From the NCBI GenBank assembly GCA_000091205.1, contig AP006500.2: a stretch of 64,000 nt of DNA. One strand, written 5' to 3'. Source of the DNA: Cyanidioschyzon merolae. Its lineage: Eukaryota. The notes below the pieces were generated by a model. That model was not told where the DNA came from. It did no database searches and saw only the letters and a list, made by a program, of their open reading frames with translations. Of the stretch, positions 1 through 12,747 are shown piece by piece; within the stretch, counting starts at the first letter, position 1, and every line of letters starts with the position of its first letter. The position numbers and the translations under genes are program-made.

Positions 1-2
1 TG

Positions 3-1655
<1,653 letters not shown>

Positions 1656-2289
1656 ACACGTAAAGTGAATACCCTCAAGATGCCTGCTATCGTCCGCTGC
1701 GGCATTCTCCAAAGCGCGTATCCGCTTGTCGTGGACGCGAATACTGCGTGTCGGCGCTGCAGTTCCGGGACGGCCGCAGGGCCCGCAAGCGCGACACGCC
1801 TCGCTGGCGCGTTCCCGCTGGTAGCTGTCAACGCGAGCTTGTCGTGGGCTTCTCTGCCCAGAGCCGCTGTTATCGGAACCCGGGTTACGGTACTCAAGTG
1901 CGGACAGTGCAGGCAGGGGTCCGCCTAGGTCTGCAACGAGTGCCGCACTGGTCGGCGCCCGCCAGTTCAGATTCGAAGCACATGCCGAAGCGCGTCAGTG
2001 TCACCAGGTCGCTATGAAACGCCAGTGACACTCTCTCCAGATCCAGATACCCAAGTGAGTGACTTATGCTCCTTCAGCGAGTGTCAAGTTCCCGGTGCAT
2101 AAGCTTGCCGAACTGGCGCAGCATGCATCCTGCCAGATGGAAGCAGTTCGATGGTTCACGCTCGCTAGCCTGACGGATCATCTGTAGTCTTTTGTACATA
2201 CCAGGTTTGCAGCCCAGCGAGCCTGGATTCCGATGAAGCACTCGACCGCGATAGCGTACCAGGTCGTCTATTGCAGAGCACGACTTGCA

Positions 2290-3366
2290 TCGATTCTGGA
2301 ATACCGCCACCAAACGCCGTTCGAAAGTCGAACGACGCCAACGGTGTACAGTAGTGGCGAGTGACCCGCCCTAGACAAGACGTCTCCAAGTGACGTGCAG
2401 ACGCCATCCGATCTTTCTCGACCGGCCACCTACGACTACTGCTCCCAACTTCTTCTCATATAGTTCGACTTTTGGAGGTTGTTCCACAAAGTTCTCCCGT
2501 GTCAACTCTGGAGGTCTCGTCTCTATCACCGCACATCTCCTTATATTGGTAGCGGCATTAAGGTCTCGGTTCACAAACTCCATACGTTTCTTGCAATCAT
2601 TGGTTGTACGTACTCATGCGAGTAGCCCTCGAAGTCTCGCTCTCCTTTCCATTTGCTCCTCCGTCAGCGGTCCATACTTTTTTATATCTTCAGGGCTCCG
2701 CTGACACTTTTCCATCTCCACTGTCTGAAGTGTACACCCCTGTTCATGGTGTGTATACGAGGTTCGGAACTCATCTACAGGTATCGTAACGAAACGCCGT
2801 GCGCCCTCCTTGTACGTTCTTGTCGTTGGAGCTGGCGTAGTCCCTTTTTGGGTCTTCCATCGCCTTGCTCCGTACGCTACGACGAGCCTCTGATTTCCAT
2901 CCTCCTTCAGGTCACTCAACTGATTGAAAAAATTCGCGAACGCCCGCTGCTCCCCACAATACAAATTCATTCGCAAACGAGCCCGCCGGGGCTTGGTATA
3001 CTCCTCCCACAGCGCATCCCAATGGGCAACGCGAACTTTCATGAATTTCCGAAAAGCTGCAAAGTCCGCGCCTCGTCTAGTCACCTCGCTCAAAGCTTCC
3101 AGGTGCTCTTTCATTCCTGAGTTCCAAGTCTCGATTTTCTTCCTCGCATTCATTATACCGGATTCTCGATAGTATCTTGCTCTCGAGAGCCTCAAAAGAC
3201 GCATGTCTTTCTGACGTAAGTTACCATCAGTCCCATCTTCCGCACACTTTGGTACAGAGATGGTTATGATGCTCGTATTCCCAGGGTCCGCGCCAACGAC
3301 AAAGTCGTTATCCTGCACCTCCTGCATCGCAGGATCCGCATCATTCTCATCTACATCCTTCGCCAG
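2290..3366 (-). mobile_element. Fanzor/TnpB-like element, copy 1 (5-prime truncated; RuvC core plus conserved 3-prime tail)
   Basis: Minus-strand ORFs 2614..3327 and 2371..2583 together encode VVGADPGNTSIITI (RuvC-I), VAYGARRW...IPVDEFRTSYTHHE (RuvC-II/ZnF region) and FVNRDLNAATNIRRC (RuvC-III). The 3-prime tail 2290-2410 is nearly identical to the tails of copies at 52.3 kb, 56.2 kb and 59.4 kb. The reading frame is broken between the two ORFs. Confidence 0.75.
2371..3327 (-). pseudogene. Fanzor-like RuvC nuclease remnant (frameshifted, N-terminal region missing)
   Basis: The RuvC-I/II/III motifs are present, but the frame changes between ORF 2614..3327 and ORF 2371..2583. Only the C-terminal ~300 aa of the ~800-aa family protein is represented. 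Confidence 0.7.
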
Positions 3367-4420
3367 GGGCGAAGCCGAGGACGGACCAGGAAGCGGGCCC
3401 GACGGCGCTGGAGGTGCAGAAGAACGCGTTTGTCGTTGGCGTGGATCCCGGGAACACCCACATCGTTACCATCGCAGCACCCAAGCGTGAGGAAGATGGC
3501 TCTGTCGGCAACTTACGTCAGAAAGACATAAGTCTGTTGAAGCTCTCATGAGCGAGATATTACCAAGAATCCGGTATAATGAATGCGACGGAGAAAAGTG
3601 AGACATCGAACTCAAGAGTGAAGGGAATTTGGAAGCGATCAGCCGGGTGACGAGCCGCGGAGCCGACATTGAAGCGTTTCGAGAGGTTATGAGCATTCAC
3701 GCAGCTGATGACGAGAGCTTTTGGAAAGAATGCACAAAGTTCAGGTGGGCTCGTCTGCGTATGAACCTGTACTGTAGGAAGCAGCGAGCATACGCCAGCT
3801 TTTTCAATCAATTGAGCGCCCTCAAGGAGGACATGAGCCAAAGGCTCGGAGTAGCATACGGGGCAGGGCGCTGGATGACCCAAAAAGGGTGTACACCAGC
3901 TCCAACGACAAGAACGTACAAGGAGTGCGCACATCGTTATGTCGAAATACCTTTAGATGAGTTTCGAACATCTCATACACACCACGAGCTGTGTTGTACA
4001 CTTCAGAGGGTCGCGATGGAGAAAAGCCAGCGGCTCGCTGACGGAAATGCAAATAGCAAGGAGGGCGAAACTTCGAGGACTACTCGCTTTGGTTCGTAAA
4101 ACTAATGATAGGAAGAAACGAATAGAGTTCCTGGACTGAGACTTTAACGCCGCCATCAGTATAAGGAAATGTGCAGTACTGGAAAGAAGACCCCCGGAGT
4201 TGGCGAGAGCCAACTTTGCGGGGCAACCTCTTAAAATGGAGTGATACGAGAAGAAGTTGAAACCAGTAGTAGGTGGCCAGTTGCTGAACGCCAGCACAGT
4301 CGTCTGCACATCATTGGGTAGACAATCGGTCTACGGCGGACGGTGTGAGAAACGCCACCATTGTACACTGGCTTTCCAGCGTTTCTCTTTTGCAAGGCGT
4401 TTGGTGGTGTTTCCAGAGAC
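3367..4420 (+). mobile_element. Fanzor/TnpB-like element, copy 2, inverted relative to copy 1 (heavily frameshifted pseudogene)
   Basis: The plus strand from 3406 encodes EVQKNAFVVGVDPGNTHIVTIAAPK, matching RuvC-I. ORF 3629..4099 carries VAYGAGRWMTQKG...IPLDEFRTSHTHHELCC. From 3957 the sequence encodes RIEFLD, and after a frame change FNAAISIRKCAVLERRPPEL. There are multiple frame breaks. A diverged version of the conserved tail lies at 4280-4400 as the reverse complement of the other copies' tails. Confidence 0.65.
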
Positions 4421-5457
4421 GAATTGTTTACCAAAAACGTCTTCTATCGATCTTCGAAACCAACGTGCTGCTTCCTCTGTGCGGCACGGGGCGTACGCTA
4501 TGCGCTTTTCTGCTGATTGACAGCGGAAGCGACGAGTCCGGTTACTGCCTTGAAGACTTTGACGCTTTGGAGAGACCATCATATCGATGGTTTCAGTTTT
4601 CTGACCTCCTCCTAACCACCACGCTCGGATCTCTGTTGCAACGGCACGCGCAGCAGCTCTCATGGCAGCCAAAGCTGAACCCGGGCATCGAGAGAGTGGA
4701 AAGCTGCATCAAAGGTGGCGGAAAGCCAATGAAGCTGGTTATCTGAGCAAGCTTGCATCACCTGCAGAGCTGCGAGCACTCGTCCAAGCGAAACTGACAC
4801 CCGAGGAGCAAGTGCGTTTTGGGATGCAGTGTGCAGGGCTGGCAGCCAAGGCACTTGAGGTACTCGACAAGTCGCTTACATCTTTAGAGCAAGACATAGA
4901 GAACGAGTCTTGTGACTGGGAAATAGAATCGGACGATGCCATGGACCGTGTTGCGAGACGATTCCTTGCCGATCTCGAACAGCTAAAGCAGACTGGCAGC
5001 ACGCGTCGACTCACCCAACTCAGTATTTGGCGTCGCATCAGTCGCTAGGTCGTACTGGCGGAAAGGCGAGCATGAACTGCAGGCTGAAGGCAGTCCTCTT
5101 GTGAGGCAAGTCGCGAAGATCGCGGACCAGGCATCCAAGACTCCGGGATACCGCCAGGTCGTTGCCTGGGAGCATCTGGAAGAGCTCGCAGATGCGGCAA
5201 CTGCAGATGGTGTATTCGGTTCGCAGTCGCGGTCGATGTCACGTATCTTACGTCGCCCAGAAAGTCGGTTTCGACTCTTGCTCACGAAACTAGAGCTTGG
5301 TGAGGAGCTCTGCACACGCGACGAGCGGCGTTTGATGCTAGCATTGGATACCTCTGATGCGAGACTTGAACCCGAACGCATGCGCTCGAGGAAGAGGGCA
5401 CCTGGTGGAGCGCAGGATGGCGCCTCTGCAAAGCGCGACCACGGGAGGTCTGCATCC

Positions 5458-5485
5458 GTTTCGTCGTCGTCGTCGTCGTCGTCGT
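5458..5485. repeat. (TCG)9 microsatellite encoding a poly-Ser run in ORF 5101..5610
   Basis: A direct tcgtcgtcg... run is visible in the sequence. Confidence 0.9.
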
Positions 5486-6604
5486 TAGAGCCAGAGCACG
5501 AGGATCACGTGCACCCAGCGGCCAAGAACGCGTCTTCCGCGAGAAAGAAAAGACGACATCATCGGCGACGATCATCCAACAAAAACGAAACCCTGGAGAA
5601 TCCTCAGTAAGCTAGCATTTGAGCGAGATTGCTGCCGAATCATCGCCGTGCCCTGGCCCAGTGGATATCGCATGATGCATCGTTTACAGCGTTTCAGTCA
5701 TGATCCTGGGTGGTGATTATCCCCGCCGGAATACCTCAGGACTAGATCGCGGATCGTTGGAAGCTACGCTCGCGTCCATCGCGTGTACCATGCGCTGCAA
5801 AAGTGGTGCTTGTCTGCAGCTCCTCAAAGAGCACATGATCGCTTGCTGTGCTGCGAGCACCACGCCGCCGGCCTCTGTCGGCAAACGCGCTCAAAGGCGT
5901 ACTCGCGACAAGCATGAATTCAGCAGGAATATTGGCGCTGGTTGAGGCACTGCGACTGACTATCGAGAGACCAATCTCAGCAACCGCAGCATGCGTCGAT
6001 CACTGGGGCGCAGCTTAAACTCCAGCAGCGATGCGGCAGTGTCAGAGCCAGACCTGCAGACTAGTGGACAGAGCGCAGCATGCCTCGTTCTGGATTTCGC
6101 AGAAGTACCCGCCAGAGACGCTTTTCAGGGTAGCCAGTGGCGGATCGCGTCTATTTCGCTACCGGGAATTCGGACGGATTCCGCGTCCAGTCGACCGGGG
6201 ACGGTTCACGCTCTCCACTCGGACGTCAACGCGTTTCACTTTGGTGATGAAGGTGCTGCATTCATCGACCGACCAGTCTGCATGACGATTCGAAGAACAT
6301 CGGGCGGAATCTTTGATGCATACCTCTGGAGCATGATTCGCAGAGGTGTACTTTTTTGCGGGTCGTCGAGGTGGAGCGTGTGGCGAGAGCCACATATTTG
6401 AGCGACCTCGCACCGGGCGTGATCCAAGTCACCATTCGGCTGATGCTCAAGCGTGCCTCGCGTACCCGACATGTCGTTGCTCACCTTCGTGATGCTGGTG
6501 TGCTTCTGTGGGTAGCGCACTTGCGCCCGTTTGCGAAGCGTAGCGGACCTTGAGGACAAATGGCACGCTCCAGCAGCCATGCGCTTGCATAGGTCATGCA
6601 TTCA

Positions 6605-7264
6605 TCATGTGATGCTTTCCAAAGCAGCACCCAGGGCGTGGTCATCAAACACGTCGTGGAAATCCCAGAACTGCACATTCCAGCGGGGGTGGTAGCGCCG
6701 ACACCAGCGCTCAAACCCCTGGATATATGCGGGTCGCAGGTGCGCATCCAAAGCGTTCCGGAACGCCACCATGGACTCCTCGATGATCGAGGGATCCATG
6801 AGAATGCTCCCCGACAACGGATCCAGCATCACCTTGACCGGAACATGCTCATAACCCCAGAAAGGCAGTTTCGTCCCGATATCGCCGACCGCTGCCCATC
6901 GGAATGAAAACGGCACATGTCGCTGGAACGCTGCAGCGAAAGCGCGATTCCCGACTCGAGGCGACCCAAAAGTCACACTCATCACCAGATCCGATGACAG
7001 ACGCAACGACTGTGAATTCTCAAAACACGTCATATCGAGGGCAGCGATGCTTGCCAGAGCCCCGCCGAGAGAGTGACCTCAAAAGATCACCGGTTTGTGG
7101 TTGCAAGATGCACTATCCAAGGAGTTCATCGCACTACACGGTTGCGCTTCGCTCGCATCTGCATCTGCTGCTGCTGCTGCTGCTGCTGCATAGGTCAGTT
7201 GAGCGTTCTGTGCAGTCTCTGCTTCCCAGCGGCTGGGGTGCCGGCTGCACTGGGGTCCGCGCAT
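6605..7264 (-). pseudogene. Class 3 (fungal-type) lipase domain gene with an in-frame TGA immediately before the GHSLGGA nucleophile motif; it may be a pseudogene, or may carry an intron or sequencing error
   Basis: The minus-strand translation reads ...CNHKPVIF*GHSLGGALASIAALDMTCFENSQ...VTFGSPRVGNRAFAAAF. The Lipase_3 hallmarks are present: GHSLGG around the catalytic Ser and G-PRVGN. The stop falls exactly where the conserved Thr/Val of yk.vvTGHSLGG normally sits. The upstream part contains poly-Ala derived from a (CTG)8 run at 7165-7189. Confidence 0.55.
7165..7189. repeat. (CTG)8 microsatellite
   Basis: Direct read of the sequence. It encodes poly-Ala on the minus strand within the lipase-like region. 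Confidence 0.9.
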
Positions 7265-7767
7265 CGAGATCCTATCAGGTTGAGGCTTTCCGAACGATAC
7301 CGTCCATCAGGAAGCTTATCCATGATCCACGAATGCATCCTGATGTGCTGTTCAAGGAGCAGGTTGCTTCTTTCCATGCATAGCTCATGCACCGCTGACA
7401 GGTGCCGCGTACGGACGCACGCACGGCTCGCGCAAAGCCGCCCAGACACTCAAAGGCGTCTGCGAAACCGTTCCATCAAATCAGACTTGACGCTAAAACG
7501 ACAGCACTGTTCTGGTTGCAGCGTAACGTGGACGCGTCCGTATCGGAGTCGAGGTCTGGTCCTCGGGTCCAAGCAGCGTCGGTGCATCGCCTAGTACCTG
7601 GTTCAAACGAGGGAACACCTGCGTGGATGCGGCTTCATGTGGAGTGTCCTATTTGTACAGTATACGACAACGATGCGCTGGAGAGGATATTTTGGAACAA
7701 TCATATATATTTAGGACAATAGTCCGCCGAGCGTTTCGGGATTTCAAATGCAAACGCCTCGGAACGG

Positions 7768-10700
7768 ATGCGCCCGTCGGCCGGGCACACTGCGCAGCTG
7801 CAGCGCGCTCCCGCTCCAAAACACCCTATCGCTCTAGTTCACAAAACACTTCAAGCAATGACGTCTGCGGAAGCGTTTCTGCTCCCGTTCCATTGGGAAG
7901 ATGTGGTTCTGGATCCGGACCTCAGGAGCAAGCACCCCGCGAGAGGGCCGGTTGCTCCGCGCTACGCCGTTTCCGTGGACGCATTCGACCTCTCCGACCC
8001 TGATATGGTACAGAGCGCTGTGGCGCTCGCCTCCGGTCACGTTTCCGACCATGCTGCCAACGCGCTGCTCATACCCGAAGACGTTGCGGAAAACGAAACC
8101 ATCCAATGTTTGGACTCGCTTGCCGGTGTCGATGGCGACCAGTCCCTGTCCTGGTGGCTCGCTCCTCTGAGCGACCGAGCAGCAGCGCAACTGCGCGCTC
8201 TTCTTTGGTGCATTCATCACTGGTGCGGACTGAATGACTTCAGCATCCGGGCACAGCTTTTTACTTGTGTTCAACACGGGATCAAGCAAGCACTACACGT
8301 CATGCGGAACGCAGCCCGCGCTGAGCTCAGTGCAGACCCCGCAAACCGAACCGGTACGGATACCTGGCGCTCTATTCTTCGCTTGGTGGCGTTCGTTAGC
8401 GCCCACTGGCTGCAGGCCGTGGAGCGTGAACTTGCTGAGGACGCTGTCGCCTTAAGTCTGCCGCTTGCCGGTACCTCTGGTGGCAGCAGGGTAACTCGTC
8501 TTGAGAGCAGCTCGGCGCGCACAGGCACCAATCAAGGCGGCACACCGGCGCGCTGTCGGGCGAAGCGCCCCAACCTTCGCAAGAAGACGTCTCGTTTCAT
8601 CGTCGAGTCGGATGCTTCCGATGAGGAATCGCCAGCATACGCAGAAGACCAGGCAACGGTATGCACCGGGGACTTGCCTGGAGAACGCGAGCATGCTGGT
8701 CCAGAGAATTCATGGGCTGAGCTCTACGAGGGCGAGCGCGAGCGTCTCCTAGAGGCATTCGGTGAGCTCCTGCGCCAAGAAGGCATCATCAAACTCGCCT
8801 TTCCCTCAGCAATTCCCGAAGACGCATACCTCTACCTGTTTGTGCGCACGTCCTGTGCCTTGCTCGAGTCGCGTCTGGTATGTCGCAAGGAGCGAGCACG
8901 AGCGCTGCTCGTTGATCTCATCGTAGAGTGCCTCTCGCGCTACGGACAAGCTGGTCGATTGTGTCCCATTCTCGTTCACAGTTTGCAACGGTATGAGCAT
9001 GTAGCCCCGGTTCTCGTCGATATCGTGGTGGTGCTGTGTCAAGATGACGCTGACAGCGGCAACACGCAGCGCCGCAGCGGCTCTAATACCAGGGACGCGC
9101 TCCAGGAATCGTTGACTCGTGGCGATGTACCAGCGCTCTCCGTCAGCCAAGCCGGACGCGATGACTGCATTCGAGACCTGATGACGCAAGTGACCCAGAT
9201 TCCTATTAGTGAACTCGCTCGTGACAATACCTGTGCGCGTCATGTTGCACGGTTTCTCACGGAGCTTGCAGAGCGCTCTCCTGGGACGCTGGTTCCCTAT
9301 TTTGCTGCATGGATTCCGCATTTCGATGGTGAGGCATACTCCGTTCGTAACGCGCTTGTGCAAGCCTTTGGATGTGTCCTGAAGCATCTGGCAGAACACA
9401 GGAGCCCTGAGGCTGTACAGGCGCCTCACCAGGAGCCACACGACGAGTCCATGACGCTCCAAGAGCGCCTGCTGCAGTTGCTCTTGCGACGCCTGGATGA
9501 CGTGCATGCTTTGGCGCGCTCGCGGACGCTCCAGGTCTGGCAACAGCTCATCGAGGCTCGTTGTGTACCCGTCAGCTTGTATGCTACCCTGGCTGCTCAG
9601 GTCGCGCAGCGGCTGCAAGACAAGTCGATGCACGTACGCCGTGCTGCCCTGCAACTTATTGCCGTTGCCATCCGGTTGAACCCGTTTGCTGATCGTCTGC
9701 AGCCGGCATTGTTTATACAGCGCCAAGCTCAGTGCCTCCGTATAGCGCCCGATGACCCCGCCTCAACGTTCGAGATGCCCTTCGCGTTAGCGCAAGAAGG
9801 TGCTTCTTTCTATGCGGGCGCAGCTACTTTTGCGGAAATTCTCAACAAAGCTATCCCGCTGGTCAGCAGGCTGTGTCGTTCCCGTCAGAACGGTGACGTG
9901 CTCGATGCCATTCGTGTCTTGTGCACAGCTTACCAGTTCGAGGTGCCAGCTGCTGTGGCTGAGGCACCCAAGCAGACTTTACGTCTGGGTTTATCCCGGG
10001 AGGAAAGCGTTCAGACAGCAGCGCTCGATGCCTTTTACACCATGTGCTTCGTTCTGCCGCTGGAACAGGTCTTGCGCTCGACAAAGCAGCAACAAGATAT
10101 GGCACTCGCGACAGAAGCGCTGCAGACCATGGGTGTCTTGGCCATCACCAGATCCCTGGTGTCGCTGGTCGCTCGGGCTACTGTTGGCGAACTGACCTGC
10201 TTCGAGCGACTCTTGCCAGCATTGTATCGCAGTGAGCGCCTCGCTCCTTCGGTCCTGCAGTGCTGGTGGGACGTGCTCGCCGGTCGAATTCCCGGTGCGA
10301 ACTTGGAACTCATCCGTGGATGCACCTTCCTCATTCAGTGCGTCGTATCCGCAAAGCCACTCACCAAGTCGCAATGCGAGCTGCTGCGAGAGCACGCGTT
10401 TACTGATCTGGTGACTGCCCGTTGGGCCTGCGCGGCACTTACCCACGGTCTAGCAGCCCAGTCGTTAGACTCCGAAGATGGACTGCTTGTCGGCAAGGTC
10501 GAGGCGCTGCTCGTCGACGACACCAGGAGTGTGTACTGGCCAGCAGCCGCTCAGGCCGCTGTCACATGCCTCTTCCATTGCAGCCGGGATCCTTCGCAGA
10601 GCGTTCATCGGGTTCTGCAGCGCCTTGTGGAGCGGCACCAGGTTGCACAGCAACAGGCGAGAGGCTCGCAAGGCAGCACGGCTCATGGCGACGTGCACCA

Positions 10701-12237
10701 AGACAAACCGCAGGTTCGTTGCGCCAGCTCTTGGCTAAGCCGCCTCTTCACCGTGGGCAGCGCTTTTGCTGTGCACCAACTGCACTTTGCCGTGAAGAGT
10801 GTACGCGCTTGTCTGCGCTCCGAGTCGTCGACGAACCCGGTCGAGACCTGTCTCGCCGAGGCAGTTGCGCAGCTGCAACTCGACGATGCGTCAAAGCAGG
10901 TGGAGGCAACTTTGACGACACCGGCAACGGGCCAAGCGCGACGTGCTCGTCAGTCGCACTCGAAAGCGGCCGCGTCCGTTACGGAAGCTAGCGTCGCGCA
11001 CGTTGGTATCGATCCCGAGCGCCTCCAGTACCTGGAAAGTCGTCTGGATCAGCTGTGCAGCGTGCTGGAGACGGAGCTGACGGCACCGGAGGCACCTCTG
11101 GCGGCGCTGGCACCACTCGCTGCCCATGTGCTGTTACGCGCTTGTGCTTGGACACCGCAGTCGCAGTCGCAGTCGCAGTCGCAGTCGCAGCCTGCTGCAT
11201 CTCTCGAGGACGACTCCAGCGTTACCGCAGCGCAGACGCCTGTGCATGGCGCCCGAGTCCAGCCTCGGTCTAGCGCGGACAATACACTCGGGGCTGCTGC
11301 CGCCCTGTGCCTGGGACGACTCGCCTGTCTCCACGAGTCCGTTGCCGAGCGCTTCCTGCGTGTGCTCTTCACCGCCCTGCAACAAGCATCCAGCGCTGTA
11401 GTGCGCATCAACATTGTGGTCGCACTGGGTGACCTGGTTGCCCGCTTTCCCAACCGGCTCGAGCCGTGGACAGATCAACTGTATACGGTACTGCGCCAGG
11501 ATCAAGACGCTCGGGTGCGTCGCTATATGCTCATGGTGCTGACGCACCTCATTCTTAACGAAATGATCAAAATTAAGGGACACTGGGTCGACCTGGTGCG
11601 CTGTCTGCAGGATTCTGACGCTAGCGTCGCGCGACTCGCTCGAACACTTTTCACTGAAATGCAGCGTAAGCGCGTCAGTGCAGCACAAACGTTCATGCTG
11701 CTGCTTCCGGACCTGGTTTGCAGTCTGTCCCAGGAGGAGGAGGCGGAGGAGGAGGCGGCAACGCTGGTTAGCGGGCACGCACCGAGCCGGCTCACAAAAC
11801 CGAAAGCTCTGCAACCGTCCATATCCACGGAAGCATTCCTGGATATGATGCAATTCCTCTTATCGTTTGTGCGCCAGGAGCGTCTGACAGAGCACCTGCT
11901 GGAACGTTTCTGTTACCGTCTGCGGGGTGCCGCCGATGTGCATACTGCACAACGTTTGGCGCTGTGCCTGCCGCTGTTGCACTGCACCAGCGAGCGTTGT
12001 CTCCGCCGTCTCGTGGAGCTCAGCAAGTGCTACACGCACTGGCTAGCAGACGGTGTCGTAGCGGAGGCTCTGTCCCATGTGCTGGCTCGGGTGCAACGAG
12101 CCGCCAAGCGCCCAGAGCAACGCGAACTCGTCCAAGCGTTCGCACAGTGCCTCGCACGCGGCGCACATGTTGATCAGGGCGTTGGTTGTCACGGGATCAG
12201 CACTGGCGACAATGACGACGATGATGACAAGGGTGGC

Positions 12238-12275
<38 letters not shown>

Positions 12276-12747
12276 GATGACGACACCCGCACGCGTGCCC
12301 CAGCACCTCAGCAACAGCAACAGCAGTAGGTTGTCGATGCTCAGGTCTCCAGACGCGGACTCGCCCGTACTCTGGACACCAGGAGCACCTACAGCAACGA
12401 CAAGGGCAATATCAGCGTCTACATCGACTCCGAAAAACGCGGCTGGTGTGCCTGGGAGCGCTGCACTGTGCACACCAGGCAGCGGCTGGCGAACACCGGC
12501 AAGTGCGCGGCAACTTGCACGAGCGCGTGCTCGCACTGCAATGCAGCAACTACTCCAAGAGCACCTTCATCACCGTCATAATCATAACCATCGTAGTCAT
12601 TCTCGTAAGCAACAACAGAACAGCACCAAGCTGGAGCGTTCGCCCTCGTTTGATCAAGTGACGCCTGAGCGAGGTCGCTCGACAAGTCGTCGTCGTCGTC
12701 GTCGTCGTTGTGCGGGCAGCCCAGGGGCCTCGATACGTTCGCCCTAG
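7768..12747 (+). CDS. Condensin complex subunit 1 (NCAPD2/Cnd1/Ycs4 family). The true start is probably the Met at 7858 (MTSAEAFLLPF).
   Basis: A 1659-aa HEAT-repeat protein. The C-terminal Cnd1 domain reads VVRINIVVALGDLVARFPNRLEPWTDQLYTVLRQDQDARVRRYMLMVLTHLILNEMIKIKGHWVDLVRCLQDSDASVARLARTLFTEMQRK. This aligns closely with the conserved NCAPD2 C-terminal domain (VRSNLMVAMGDLAIRFPN...MTHLILKDMVKVKG...). The tail carries low-complexity poly-Ala, (SQ)n and basic runs. Confidence 0.9.
12238..12272. repeat. (GCA)11 microsatellite encoding a poly-Ala run in the condensin subunit
   Basis: Direct read of the sequence. Confidence 0.9.

Noticed and set aside
2290-2410. The conserved tail considered as a tRNA, SINE or other host small-RNA gene
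   Set aside because: No cloverleaf or A/B-box pattern was found. The block is always attached in the same orientation to the 3-prime end of the RuvC-nuclease ORF and overlaps its last codons. It is therefore treated as part of the element (candidate omega-RNA).
8806-9726. A 306-aa minus-strand ORF, and several 60-150-aa ORFs, antisense to the condensin gene
   Set aside because: They lie entirely inside a strongly supported 1659-aa coding region in a GC-rich genome where long spurious antisense ORFs are expected. No motif was recognised.
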